Virus record (IMG/VR): IMGVR_UViG_3300031578_000001
Source of the DNA: a virus
Strand: one strand, 5' to 3'
DNA length: 64,000 bases
The position numbers and the translations under genes are program-made. This document shows, piece after piece, positions 28,800 to 37,927 of this stretch (the stretch's first letter is position 1; each line of letters starts with the position of its first letter). The notes beneath the pieces are model-generated. The model made no database searches. It was given only the letters and a program-made list of their open reading frames with translations, and was not told the origin of the DNA.

Positions 28800-29485
28800 T
28801 AACTGACAACCAATTGATCGTGCAGGCCAAGGCCGGGAATCTGATGGCGAAGAACGAACTGATTCGCCGGTACAAGATTCTTCTCAAGATCAAGGTCTCG
28901 GCCTACAGTCGGGCTCCGATCCCAACGGCTGCCCTCGACGGTGAGGCTATGAAGATTCTGCTGCACACGGTCGAGAAGTTCGATCCGAGTCGAGGTATCC
29001 AGTTCAAGACCTTCCTCGAGCAGAATCTCAAGGGACTGTATCGCTACGCGGCCAAGACCAAGAACGTGGCACGGATCCCGGAGCACAAGGTTCTCCAGAT
29101 CAATCTGTTCCAGCAGGCCAAGTCAATCGTTCAGACCCAGAAGGGCCGGGAGCCAACGGCTCACGAGCTCGCCGACTCACTCGGTTGGTCTCCCACTCAG
29201 GTTCAGAGCATGGAGACGGCGCTGAGTCGGCGTGATATTGCTGCTTCTGGAATCGAGACTCTTCACGCGCAGGAGCGGTTCAAGGATAGGATGGAGGATC
29301 TTCTCGAGTTCGAGTATTTCGGAATGGTCCCGGAGGAGAAACTCATCTACGACTTCAGCCTCGGCAGGCATGGGAAGCCGAGGCTCGACAGCGTGAAAGA
29401 CATCGCCGCCAGGACGGGCCTGAGCACCGATAAGGTGTATGCGATCAAGAGTAAGATCGCCCAAAGGATCACAGCGAGGATTTGA
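28796..29485 (+). CDS. RNA polymerase sigma-70-family factor (FliA/SigD-like)
   Basis: EKFDPSRGIQFKTF (region 2), ARIP, GREPTAHELADSLGW (region 3), C-terminal HTH. Confidence 0.8.
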   Translation: MITDNQLIVQAKAGNLMAKNELIRRYKILLKIKVSAYSRAPIPTAALDGEAMKILLHTVEKFDPSRGIQFKTFLEQNLKGLYRYAAKTKNVARIPEHKVLQINLFQQAKSIVQTQKGREPTAHELADSLGWSPTQVQSMETALSRRDIAASGIETLHAQERFKDRMEDLLEFEYFGMVPEEKLIYDFSLGRHGKPRLDSVKDIAARTGLSTDKVYAIKSKIAQRITARI

Positions 29486-29790
29486 AGATGCCCGAGATCA
29501 AACAGATCACGAAGGAGAGGCTCCGAAGCATCGTCCAGAAGCTCAAGGTGTTCCTGGGCAAAGCGAAGGAAAGTCCGAAAGGAGCGAGGCTTCTCGCCAT
29601 GATCGGACGCTTCGAGAAGAAGACGGACCCCATCAGGAAGATCGAGGACTTCGGGGGCTACTACAAGTACGCCGTGGCCAGGGCGTTCAGGACGGAACTG
29701 AAACCGGATACGATCACGAAGATGAGGGCAGGATGGCTAACGGATGCAAAGGCTGCGTCTCGGAGCAAGAAGTCTCCGAAGTCAGGCTGA
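29482..29790 (+). CDS. Hypothetical basic protein
   Basis: 102-aa ORF overlapping the sigma stop. Confidence 0.6.
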   Translation: MKMPEIKQITKERLRSIVQKLKVFLGKAKESPKGARLLAMIGRFEKKTDPIRKIEDFGGYYKYAVARAFRTELKPDTITKMRAGWLTDAKAASRSKKSPKSG

Positions 29791-30025
29791 TCACGAAGAG
29801 GAACCGGCCGCAGAACTGGGTCGAGGCGGCGGCTCCTGGGGACCTGTTCCTGTTCGGGGACAAAGTCGGTGCGGGTGGTGGGCTGCTCAGGCTTCGCTAC
29901 GCCAAGGCGTTCGTGACCTTGACTGATGAGCAGGTATGGAAAGGCCGGCCGGTGGCGTGGCCTTTTTCCGGAGACGTGATCCGGTTCAGGATCATGAGCA
30001 CCAAGATTACCTACTTCAAGAAGTA

Positions 30026-30063
30026 AAAATAACGCCGGGGATCTCTCGACCCCCGGCGTCTTC
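30026..30063. terminator. Probable bidirectional terminator between convergent blocks
   Basis: acgccgggg/ccccggcgt stem flanked by aaaaata and ctt. Confidence 0.6.
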
Positions 30064-30067
30064 ACGC

Positions 30068-30466
30068 CTAAACAAGGAATTGCTTAAATCTCTCGAGATG
30101 GCCTGTCTCGGCGTCCTCGAGTTGACCTACGAGCAGATTCCTTCCCACCATTTTCCAAGCCTTGAACTTCTTGGCCTTGACCGACTCTTCGGTCATCCAG
30201 AATACCCAGATGGTCTCGGACTCTTTATCGTTATAGGTCGCAACGATCTCGTCGGCTGGACCAACTACCACTCTCATTTGGTAGCATAGACACTCTATGT
30301 CGTCAATGGTCCCTTTCCCTTGGTCAGGCGAGCTGATCTCGATTACCTTCCCTATATGAAACCAGACTACGGCTCTGTAGGAGTTATAGTCTTTCGCGAT
30401 GTCTCGGATCATTTCCGAGAAGAACTCGACGGTACCCCGTTTCAGAGCCTCGGCGTATTCGATCAT
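30068..30466 (-). CDS. Hypothetical protein
   Basis: 132-aa ORF. Confidence 0.65.
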   Translation of the reverse strand: MIEYAEALKRGTVEFFSEMIRDIAKDYNSYRAVVWFHIGKVIEISSPDQGKGTIDDIECLCYQMRVVVGPADEIVATYNDKESETIWVFWMTEESVKAKKFKAWKMVGRNLLVGQLEDAETGHLERFKQFLV

Positions 30467-30732
30467 TCGAGCTTGTCCCTAATCTCGGCCATGGAGTAGT
30501 AGCGTCTCTGATTGTTGAAGTCCACGAACCAGTAGATGTCTTCACTTCGGACTCGTCCGAACTCCACGAAGACGAGGTCGTACCTTCGGCAGAAGGCGTT
30601 AAGAATCTCGATGTTGTTGGGAACGGATACAGTTGTCATGAACGAGATCCTCCATCGAATGCACACTGGCGTACTCAATAGTTTGATCTCGTTGGTCCTC
30701 AGAAGCAACTTTGAGGGCGGTGTTCGGGTCAT
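30463..30732 (-). CDS. Hypothetical protein
   Basis: 89-aa ORF with ATGA overlaps. Confidence 0.6.
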   Translation of the reverse strand: MTRTPPSKLLLRTNEIKLLSTPVCIRWRISFMTTVSVPNNIEILNAFCRRYDLVFVEFGRVRSEDIYWFVDFNNQRRYYSMAEIRDKLE

Positions 30733-31015
30733 TGGCGAAGACGAGTCTTACCTCACATCGGTACGGCCTGGCCGGAGGTATCGCCTTTCCGCCCTTCGAA
30801 TCCGGGTTCTTGATCCTGAGATGGATGATGTGTGCCCCGGCAAAGATATGTTTACCGGTCATGAGTTTCTCGGTCTTGAAGACATGACCGCAGTGCACGT
30901 CGGCACAGATCCACTTGAGCTCGTCCGGCTTGAGGACTTCGATCGTGGGACGATTGGGGTAGACTTCGTTGCACCCACACTGGGGGCAGTTGTTCGGCCA
31001 GTTCCACAGGATCAT
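30599..31015 (-). CDS. Zn-ribbon protein
   Basis: CPQCG...CADVHCG. Confidence 0.55.
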   Translation of the reverse strand: MILWNWPNNCPQCGCNEVYPNRPTIEVLKPDELKWICADVHCGHVFKTEKLMTGKHIFAGAHIIHLRIKNPDSKGGKAIPPARPYRCEVRLVFANDPNTALKVASEDQRDQTIEYASVHSMEDLVHDNCIRSQQHRDS

Positions 31016-31431
31016 CCGTCGAGCCTCACAGATCCCTCGAGTTGGCAGCTCGGGGAGTGGTCCTCACCCCTCGTGGCCCGGCACATCGAGCAGGCCGGAC
31101 CGTAGCCGAAGTTATCGACGATCGGTGCCGCGATGGCGGGTTCAGGCTTCTCGACTTTGGGCTTCGGCCTCGGTGTGGACTTCAGTGGATCGTTTTGGGA
31201 GATGCCCCAATAGGGGGTGGACTCCTTCTCGATCTTCTTCAGGTTGTCAGACGAGCACTTGGTTTCCGCGCCGTTTGGGCCTTTGATGTCGAAGCCCTTC
31301 GAGACGAAAGGATTGATCCGTTCGATTGTTCCCTTGGTCTTGTTCAGGATCTTCGGGTCGCACTTGTGGATCCTTAGGCATCCAGAGCAAGATCTTTCCA
31401 CCGTGTCCTTTGGTTTCAGCATTTCAGGCAT
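31012..31431 (-). CDS. Hypothetical Cys-containing protein
   Basis: Start MPEMLK with RBS ggaggag; CSGC and CSMC. Confidence 0.6.
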   Translation of the reverse strand: MPEMLKPKDTVERSCSGCLRIHKCDPKILNKTKGTIERINPFVSKGFDIKGPNGAETKCSSDNLKKIEKESTPYWGISQNDPLKSTPRPKPKVEKPEPAIAAPIVDNFGYGPACSMCRATRGEDHSPSCQLEGSVRLDG

Positions 31432-31459
31432 GTCTCCTCCTTCTCGGTATACTTTGGTG

Positions 31460-31624
31460 ATGGATAAAACGCAATGCCCTGAGTGTTCGGGATCCAAGAT
31501 GGTCCGCCAGGGGGAGCGCTCCGTACGGTGTCCAGCGTGCGGAGGAAAGGGGGTAATATCCCTGGAAGAGCTCAACTCGTGGCTACTCAGGAAAAAAGGA
31601 AAGCGAAATCGGAACGAAGACTAA
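31460..31624 (+). CDS. Small DnaJ-type zinc-finger protein
   Basis: CPECSGS...CPACGGKG; TATACT at 31448. Confidence 0.55.
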   Translation: MDKTQCPECSGSKMVRQGERSVRCPACGGKGVISLEELNSWLLRKKGKRNRNED

Positions 31625-31717
31625 AGTCCTCGTTCCAATATCTTATGACACAAATTTGCCTTGGTTTTACTTGTGGACATTGTCTTACCCACTTTACGGC
31701 ATATACTTAAATTTAAG

Positions 31718-32617
31718 ATGGCATCAAAAGAGGACAAAGACCGCGAACTCAGATCTAAGGCATTGGCCCTCGGCTTGCTTGGATACGTTCCGGCAACCGT
31801 GGGTGCTGGCGCTGCTACACGTCTGCTTCAAGGCAAAGGAGCCAAGGTCGTATTCTCCGGTCCTAAGATCAGCGAGACGGCCGCGGAGAGGTTCCCGATG
31901 AAGGCGTTCGGCAAGAATCCGAACATTGAATTCATCAAAGATGTGATGCCGTCTTCCGGACGTACAGTGCGTCTTCCTGTGGTCGTGGGGAAGGGGAGGA
32001 GGGAAGCAGTTCCGCTTCCGGCCGCGGCACACGAATTCGCGCACTCTGCTGGTGGCGCGATCCAGAAGATCACGAACGCCATCAAAGGAGCCCTCTTCAC
32101 ACGGCCGGCAATGAAAGTTCCAGGGACGAATATGATCGTGAGATCTCCGGCCATATCGCCTGCCCACATCCCTCTGCTCATCGCGGCGGCGACCCCGAGG
32201 AATAAGGACGAGAAGGGTGTGGTAGAGTTCGTCAAGAAGCACCCTGCTGCTCTTGCAGCAGCACTTGCGGCGGTTCCGATGGCATCAGAGGCTCATGCGA
32301 GCCTGAAGGGTCTCAGGGCCATCAAGAAGATCTACGGCTCGAGGGCGGCGTGGCAATCTGCCGGTCCACTGGCCAGAACTTTTGGAGCCACAGCTGCATC
32401 GTTCCTTCCGGCCATAGCCATGATCTGGGGGACGTCGAAGATTCGAGACATCCTCCAGGGTCGAAGGGAGAGGGAGAAGAGGGCAGGGGACCTCACTAAT
32501 CTCGTGAATCTTCCAACCACTATGCCTACCCGGTATGGTAGGATTGTTGAGATAGATCCCATCATTGTGGGCAAGAAGCTGAGTCCGTCTGAGAAGAAGT
32601 ACACGGAAATCTCTTGA
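31718..32617 (+). CDS. Putative membrane-associated zinc metallopeptidase
   Basis: AAAHEFAHS plus downstream SEAHAS; hydrophobic segments. Confidence 0.6.
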   Translation: MASKEDKDRELRSKALALGLLGYVPATVGAGAATRLLQGKGAKVVFSGPKISETAAERFPMKAFGKNPNIEFIKDVMPSSGRTVRLPVVVGKGRREAVPLPAAAHEFAHSAGGAIQKITNAIKGALFTRPAMKVPGTNMIVRSPAISPAHIPLLIAAATPRNKDEKGVVEFVKKHPAALAAALAAVPMASEAHASLKGLRAIKKIYGSRAAWQSAGPLARTFGATAASFLPAIAMIWGTSKIRDILQGRREREKRAGDLTNLVNLPTTMPTRYGRIVEIDPIIVGKKLSPSEKKYTEIS

Positions 32618-32629
32618 AGAGGAGGAGTC

Positions 32630-33025
32630 ATGGAGTCCGAATTCTTGAAGGGTCTCGAGAGAGGCTTCGGTAAGGAAGCCGGAGCAGAGGGGATCATGGC
32701 GAAGGTTGCCCAGGGTCTGAAGGAGATGCTGGAGGAAAATGGGGAGGAGGGCAAGGGCAAGGAGAAGGGCAAGGAAAAGGAAAAGGAAAAGGAAAAGGAA
32801 AAGGAAAAGGAAAAGGAGAAGGAGGAGGAAGGCAAGAAGGCGGAAGCCTCTGACGTCACCTCGTCCATCCGCAAGAAGTTGGGTCTGGACAAGGAGGCGC
32901 AGGTAGTTCCGGCCGCCGTCGACTCCATCGCAGCCAAGATCCAGGCCAAGCTCGGATTGGACAAGGAGGCGCAGGCGTCTCCTGAGGGGTGGAAGGGGAA
33001 GGTGACCGCGGTTCTCGATAAGTAG
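32630..33025 (+). CDS. Charged low-complexity protein with KE tract and duplicated LGLDKEAQ
   Basis: 131 aa; RBS gaggagg. Confidence 0.7.
   Translation: MESEFLKGLERGFGKEAGAEGIMAKVAQGLKEMLEENGEEGKGKEKGKEKEKEKEKEKEKEKEKEEEGKKAEASDVTSSIRKKLGLDKEAQVVPAAVDSIAAKIQAKLGLDKEAQASPEGWKGKVTAVLDK
32771..32824 (+). repeat. Hexanucleotide tandem repeat (AAGGAA)7(AAGGAG)2
   Basis: Read directly; encodes (KE)n. Confidence 0.95.
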
Positions 33026-33037
33026 CGAGGTCCCTTC

Positions 33038-34435
33038 GTGCTGCTTTCCCAGATCAAGGTCGCGTTAGACCGGAAGGGAGGAGAGCACGGTGAGCCCGGC
33101 TACTTCGCGCCAGGTCTTCCTTCCAGGGAGCTGAAGAGGGTCATTCCCTCGGTCAATAAGCCCGAGGAATGGGAATTCTCTGAGCAGATCCACGACGCTG
33201 ACCGGGCCGGACGGCATAGCGACCTTCGCCTGTCGGATGGTAGAACAGCCTTCTCGTGGGCGCTGCGGAAGGGCCTTCCGAGTGAGCCTGGGGAGAAGCG
33301 ACTCGCGATTCGGCAGCCGGACCACGCGCCATCCTATCTTCCGTTCAGCGGAAGGATCGAATCCCGATACGGACATGGTACGGTCGATGTGAATCGTATT
33401 GGTCCCGTACGGGTCCTTTCCGCATCCCCATCCAAGGTCAGAATCGTGGCCCTCGACCGCAAGAATCCCCAAGAGATTACGATGGTCAAGACCCCCGGTC
33501 AGGGCAAGGATAAGTGGCTGGCCATCGACACGACGCCGACTGTGAAGTCTCGTCCGGACATCGTGCTCGGCAAGGAAAAGTTCAGGCTCAGCTCTGCGAA
33601 CGATCTTGGTCGGTTTCTCAGCGGGAAGTTCATCATGGCCCCTAAGATCGACGGAGGGGCCGTAACAGTGAATCTGGGTGACCGAGTCGAGATATTTTCC
33701 CACGCGCCATCGACGAGCGGAGAGCTCGTCAATCACTCCTACGTGTTACCAACCGGCGAGGTGCCAAAGGATTTGAAGGGTACCCAGATCAAAGCCGAGA
33801 TCCTCGGGAGGCAGGGCGGTAAAGTGATCCCTCTCAGGACGCTTGGTGGGATCTTGAACTCGACTCCTGAGAATGCACTCGACCGGATGACAAAGGAGAA
33901 GATCAAACTATTCTTGGCCCCATGGAAGATGGTTAAGTTCCGCGGAAAGAGGGTGGACGATCTCCCGTATGAGGATCAGCTCGATCTGATGAAGGAGGTC
34001 ACTAAGAAGGTAGATGCCCCTTGGATCCGCATACCCCAGGCGTCGACTCCGACGTCCAAGATAAAACTCATCGAGGCCATGAAGAGCGGCAAGCATCCCC
34101 TGACCGATGAAGGACTCGTGGCGTGGCCCAAGGGGGCTATCTCTCCGATTCCGACCAAGGTCCCATTCAACGCCCACTCTCAGGTCTATATTGTGGACGT
34201 ATATCCCATGGTCTCCGGAGGTAAGAAGATGGCCATGGCTGGGGGTTTCTCGTATAGCCTGAAGCCAGGAGGGCCGGTTGTGGGGAACGTGGGAACTGGA
34301 TTCACGATGCAGGAGAGGAAGGAATTCTGGAGGGATCGAGAAGCTCTCAAGGGTGCCAAGATCGTGATCGAATCCAAAGGCCAGTTCCCCTCCGGAGCCC
34401 ACCGAGCTCCGAGTTACAAGTCTCTTCATTTGTAG
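33038..34435 (+). CDS. ATP-dependent DNA ligase with N-terminal LigD 3'-phosphoesterase-like domain
   Basis: QIHDADRAGRHSDLRL..FSWAL (PE), APKIDGG (motif I), DEGLVA, OB domain VGNVGTGFT...HRAPSY. Confidence 0.8.
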   Translation: MLLSQIKVALDRKGGEHGEPGYFAPGLPSRELKRVIPSVNKPEEWEFSEQIHDADRAGRHSDLRLSDGRTAFSWALRKGLPSEPGEKRLAIRQPDHAPSYLPFSGRIESRYGHGTVDVNRIGPVRVLSASPSKVRIVALDRKNPQEITMVKTPGQGKDKWLAIDTTPTVKSRPDIVLGKEKFRLSSANDLGRFLSGKFIMAPKIDGGAVTVNLGDRVEIFSHAPSTSGELVNHSYVLPTGEVPKDLKGTQIKAEILGRQGGKVIPLRTLGGILNSTPENALDRMTKEKIKLFLAPWKMVKFRGKRVDDLPYEDQLDLMKEVTKKVDAPWIRIPQASTPTSKIKLIEAMKSGKHPLTDEGLVAWPKGAISPIPTKVPFNAHSQVYIVDVYPMVSGGKKMAMAGGFSYSLKPGGPVVGNVGTGFTMQERKEFWRDREALKGAKIVIESKGQFPSGAHRAPSYKSLHL

Positions 34436-34505
34436 GGACTTGAAATTTTTCTGGAAAGAGGCATCCTCTTATTGAACAGTTGACCCCGTTATTCAGGAGG
34501 AAGCA

Positions 34506-35030
34506 ATGTCTCAATCGCCGTATTTCGGTTTCACCCTGTATCCCGAAGGGGACATGATCTTCGGGAAAGACCTGAACAAGGCCATCGTCGACATCGAAGA
34601 GAAACTCCAGGTGGCGCTCTTCGAGGAGCACGTACAGGATGAGGGCGTCTCCCTGGCCGTCTCCGTCGTCGGCATTCCGCTGACGACATCCTGGCTGCCG
34701 ATTCCCATGACCGGCGGTCGCGAGTTCGCCTTCGCTCGTGCCGGGAAGATCACCAAACTCCGGGCGATCGTTTTCAACGTCGTCACGCCGATCAACGGCG
34801 ACATCGAATTGGCGCTGGCTGAGGTCTCGGCTCCTACGGTGCCGATCACCCCGGTCATCACCTTCGCTGCCGCCATCGACGAGGTGGTGACGCCGCCCGT
34901 GCCTCCGACCTTCCTCGAGAGCGAGGAGTTCACGCTCATCGCCAAACTGCCGGTCGCGGGCGCCGCGACGGCGGGCGTGTTCGACATCCAGGCCGTGGTC
35001 GAGGCCGACCTCGAGCGCCAGGGGGCGTAG
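34506..35030 (+). CDS. Putative virion structural protein
   Basis: 174 aa, beta-rich; RBS aggagg. Confidence 0.6.
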   Translation: MSQSPYFGFTLYPEGDMIFGKDLNKAIVDIEEKLQVALFEEHVQDEGVSLAVSVVGIPLTTSWLPIPMTGGREFAFARAGKITKLRAIVFNVVTPINGDIELALAEVSAPTVPITPVITFAAAIDEVVTPPVPPTFLESEEFTLIAKLPVAGAATAGVFDIQAVVEADLERQGA

Positions 35031-35211
35031 GAACGGTAACAGCGCTGCGGGGGGCTCCGTCACCGCTTGACGGTGGCGACGGGGCCTCCCAAAGCGGTAT
35101 TTTCGTCAGAATAACCTTGTGTCGTACCAAACGGATTGGTACAACAGGGAGAACTGGACTGAGCATCCCATCCCATCCCATTAGGGACATCAGCCTCTTG
35201 TTCCCGGCAGG

Positions 35212-35239
35212 ACCCGCGCTCCCGAAGCGCGGGTTTTTT
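35212..35239 (+). terminator. Intrinsic terminator
   Basis: acccgcgct/agcgcgggt stem plus T-run. Confidence 0.8.
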
Positions 35240-35325
35240 ATTGGATCGAGTCGCCTTGACTCCGATCACGGCCGTCCGTATCCTTAACTGAAAGTGCAGA
35301 ACCTACATCAGTAAGGGGAGCACCT

Positions 35326-35535
35326 ATGACGATAATGGAAGTCGCGTTAGCTGAAGAGCTCGAGAAGATCGCCCTGTTCGGCAAGAAGCCCAAGGGGATG
35401 TTTCCGACGTTCAAGCGCATCGGAAGGGCCGCCAAGTGGGGAGGCCTGGGTCTTGGCGCTCTCCTGGCCTACGGAGCCCTCAAGGGGGCCACAGAGGCCA
35501 AGGACGAGATCAAGAGGGAGAGGGAGTCATACTAA
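35326..35535 (+). CDS. Small protein with EELEKIA motif and a TM segment
   Basis: 69 aa. Confidence 0.65.
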   Translation: MTIMEVALAEELEKIALFGKKPKGMFPTFKRIGRAAKWGGLGLGALLAYGALKGATEAKDEIKRERESY

Positions 35536-35762
35536 TGCTTCAGAGGATCCAGAAAGCATTCGTCGAAGAGATCACTAAGATCGCTTTCGGTTTCCCAGGG
35601 ATGCCCCAACCCATGCCGATGCTTCCGTCGGCGAGGCCACCCGTCTTCCAGACCGCTCGTCCGATGGCACCTTCGGTTCCACCCCCGCGTCCGCAGATTC
35701 CCGTTGTCGGGGCTGCTACCGGTTCGGGAGCCTTGGCGTCTGGATTGATGGGGAAGCGATGA
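35535..35762 (+). CDS. Small Pro-rich protein with AFVEEITKIA motif
   Basis: Start MLQRIQK via TAATG overlap; 75 aa. Confidence 0.65.
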   Translation: MLQRIQKAFVEEITKIAFGFPGMPQPMPMLPSARPPVFQTARPMAPSVPPPRPQIPVVGAATGSGALASGLMGKR

Positions 35763-35956
35763 GAGTGGGTCGCATCAAGAAGTCAACCAGGGACAAGCTC
35801 CCGAAGAATCTCGGTATCCCGAAATTCTTCAGCCCGTCCGACGTCGACCGTCTTGTGGCTGAGCGGAAGGCAGACCCGCACATCACCTGGCAGCAGGCCT
35901 TCGATCGTGTCGTTTTTAATTCGATTCCGGACATCAGGGCACTGGTGAATCAATGA
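35759..35956 (+). CDS. Hypothetical protein
   Basis: 65 aa; ATGA overlaps at both ends. Confidence 0.6.
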   Translation: MRVGRIKKSTRDKLPKNLGIPKFFSPSDVDRLVAERKADPHITWQQAFDRVVFNSIPDIRALVNQ

Positions 35957-36378
35957 GTCTATTCCCAGCATTCTGCGATGAGCTCTCCAACAGGGGCCTT
36001 GGTCCGAAGATCTACAGGGTCGAGGCTACCCCGGAGGAGATTGAGAACCTTCTCGAGGTGGGACACGCCGGCACGGAAAGCGGTGTGGCCGGATTTTCCG
36101 GATCAGACGCCAGGCGCGTCTTCAAATCACTCCTCACATCGGAGGGAGGCAAACAGATCATCCGGGGCGTCTTCAACAAATTCGATGCAGAGGCGGAGAA
36201 AGTTCGCAACTTGAAGGACGCTTTCGTTCGTGGCCTCCTCAGGGCGCGAAGGGATCTTCAGGGTCCTTCCCCTCACCAGAGGAAGGATCTCATGTCCATG
36301 ATCTTCCAGTCCGACGGCTCCTCCGACTCCTACTTCTCACCTAAAACAAATGGGCAGGAGGGAAGAGCCGGGGAGTAG
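35953..36378 (+). CDS. Hypothetical protein with AFCDEL N-terminal motif
   Basis: 141 aa. Confidence 0.65.
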   Translation: MSLFPAFCDELSNRGLGPKIYRVEATPEEIENLLEVGHAGTESGVAGFSGSDARRVFKSLLTSEGGKQIIRGVFNKFDAEAEKVRNLKDAFVRGLLRARRDLQGPSPHQRKDLMSMIFQSDGSSDSYFSPKTNGQEGRAGE

Positions 36379-36930
36379 GTCCCCGGCCCAACCCATTCAT
36401 GCTTCTGACGGTGCGACTGAGCACTCGAGGAGGCATGACCTACCCTCCCAGCGGGCGAAACCTTCGTGCTTTTTAGCGTGGAGCGGGTGCTCGGGACACC
36501 TCTCACGGAGCGCAGCGAAGAGAGAGGTGGGACGGAGCACGAAGCGAAATGCTAAATACTTCCATCTGCACCATTGATCTGGTTCTTATGGCAGCGGTTC
36601 GCTGCCCCATCCGGTCCTTGGATCACGACTGAATCTTTCGGAGCTCTTCCCTCTCTTCCCGGCGACCGGAGGCATCCGGTCTCACCCATCCCGTGAAGAG
36701 CAACCTATTCTATCTCTTGCCACGATCCATCTCACGGAGCGTAACCACGAAGGAATTTCCTGATGACAACATCGGAGTCTCTCCGTCGGAGGCCTGCCAC
36801 GTAGCATGAGGCGGTCGACGAGAGAGGCCGGACGTCCAAGACGTCTCGTCTTGGTCGTCCGGAAGAGCGGGGCTATGTTACCCAAGGTGTGTTGGGTGGC
36901 CGGCCCTTGGAGATATGAGGATGAGAAGGA

Positions 36931-36972
36931 CTCCGAAAGATTCCACGGAGATCTCCGCGGAATCTTTCGGAG
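36931..36972. repeat. 42-bp near-perfect palindrome
   Basis: ctccgaaagattcc-a-cggagatctccg-c-ggaatctttcggag; a single mismatched pair. Confidence 0.9.
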
Positions 36973-37106
36973 GATGGTCACCGGACGGATGAGCCTCGTG
37001 ATACGGGTAGGCCGCCGGCGGAGGGGCGAGATGGATTCTCAGGAGGGGTGTGGTTTGCGCTGGTGACAGCGGTTCGCTGCCATTCCCTTGCATGAAGGGA
37101 AGCTCA

Positions 37107-37532
37107 TCAGGATTCGGTCGTCTTCTTCGAGACGATACCGTAGTAGTTGGAGATCTTGTGGGGTCCAGGAGCCAGTTGTTCGACTTCGAGAGCGATTTGC
37201 ATCTTCCCGTTCTGTGGGATCGCCTTAGAGATCTTGACGAGGAGATCTCGGCCCATGGATAGGATGCGGCATCCGCCCGTGTCCGATCCGGAGATTACCT
37301 GGTTATCCTTGTCGGTGCCCTTGATCATGTCTCGGACGAAGGTGATGAACTCGGCCACGCGTGTCGATGTGGACGGGGAAACAATAACTTCTCTCGGGAA
37401 TGCGATGCACTTTCCGTCCTTATCCACGATTCGCAGAGTTCCTGAGAGATCGTGGTCCTCCACGAACGCCTGGGCTTCTTTGACTTTGTCCGATGGTATT
37501 TTGATCCCGAAGTCTTCGATCTCTACGGACAT
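37107..37532 (-). CDS. Hypothetical protein
   Basis: 141 aa; RBS aggag. Confidence 0.65.
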   Translation of the reverse strand: MSVEIEDFGIKIPSDKVKEAQAFVEDHDLSGTLRIVDKDGKCIAFPREVIVSPSTSTRVAEFITFVRDMIKGTDKDNQVISGSDTGGCRILSMGRDLLVKISKAIPQNGKMQIALEVEQLAPGPHKISNYYGIVSKKTTES

Positions 37533-37927
37533 GGTGATCTCCTTTTCCTGAACAGGAACTCATTAACTTCCTTCTTGGTCATGCGAGAAACTCCCATGTC
37601 TTGTAGCGCCATGATGTTTCCGACCTGGGTGCTGACCTCATTGTGAATCATTTCCTTGATCTTCCGCATGTCAGTCATGGGCGTCTGACTCTGCTGTGGC
37701 GGTTGACGAGTTGCCACGACTTCAAGCATATGTTCCATGAGATCGACGAGGAACATGCTCATCAATATTTCGAGACGGTCCAGCGCTATGCCGTAGTTGA
37801 TCTGCTGGCCGTCACGCACGGTGCTCAGCACGATCACGTTGGTGCCGATGTCCTTGAAGCGCTCTTTGAAACCCTCCTTGAACGCTCCGAGGATCTTGAA
37901 GGAGATCTCCCTGAGGTTAATTGTCAT
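37523..37927 (-). CDS. Hypothetical protein
   Basis: Start MTINLREI; 134 aa. Confidence 0.6.
   Translation of the reverse strand: MTINLREISFKILGAFKEGFKERFKDIGTNVIVLSTVRDGQQINYGIALDRLEILMSMFLVDLMEHMLEVVATRQPPQQSQTPMTDMRKIKEMIHNEVSTQVGNIMALQDMGVSRMTKKEVNEFLFRKRRSPCP

Noticed and set aside
29439-30026. 195-aa ORF overlapping the sigma gene and 29482..29790
   Set aside because: Its first two-thirds overlap better genes. Only 29787-30026 may be a real small gene, and I found no clear start codon for it.
36682-37093. Short ORFs inside the 36.4-37.1 kb gap
   Set aside because: They have Arg/Pro/Ser-rich, non-protein-like composition, no RBS, and run through palindromes.
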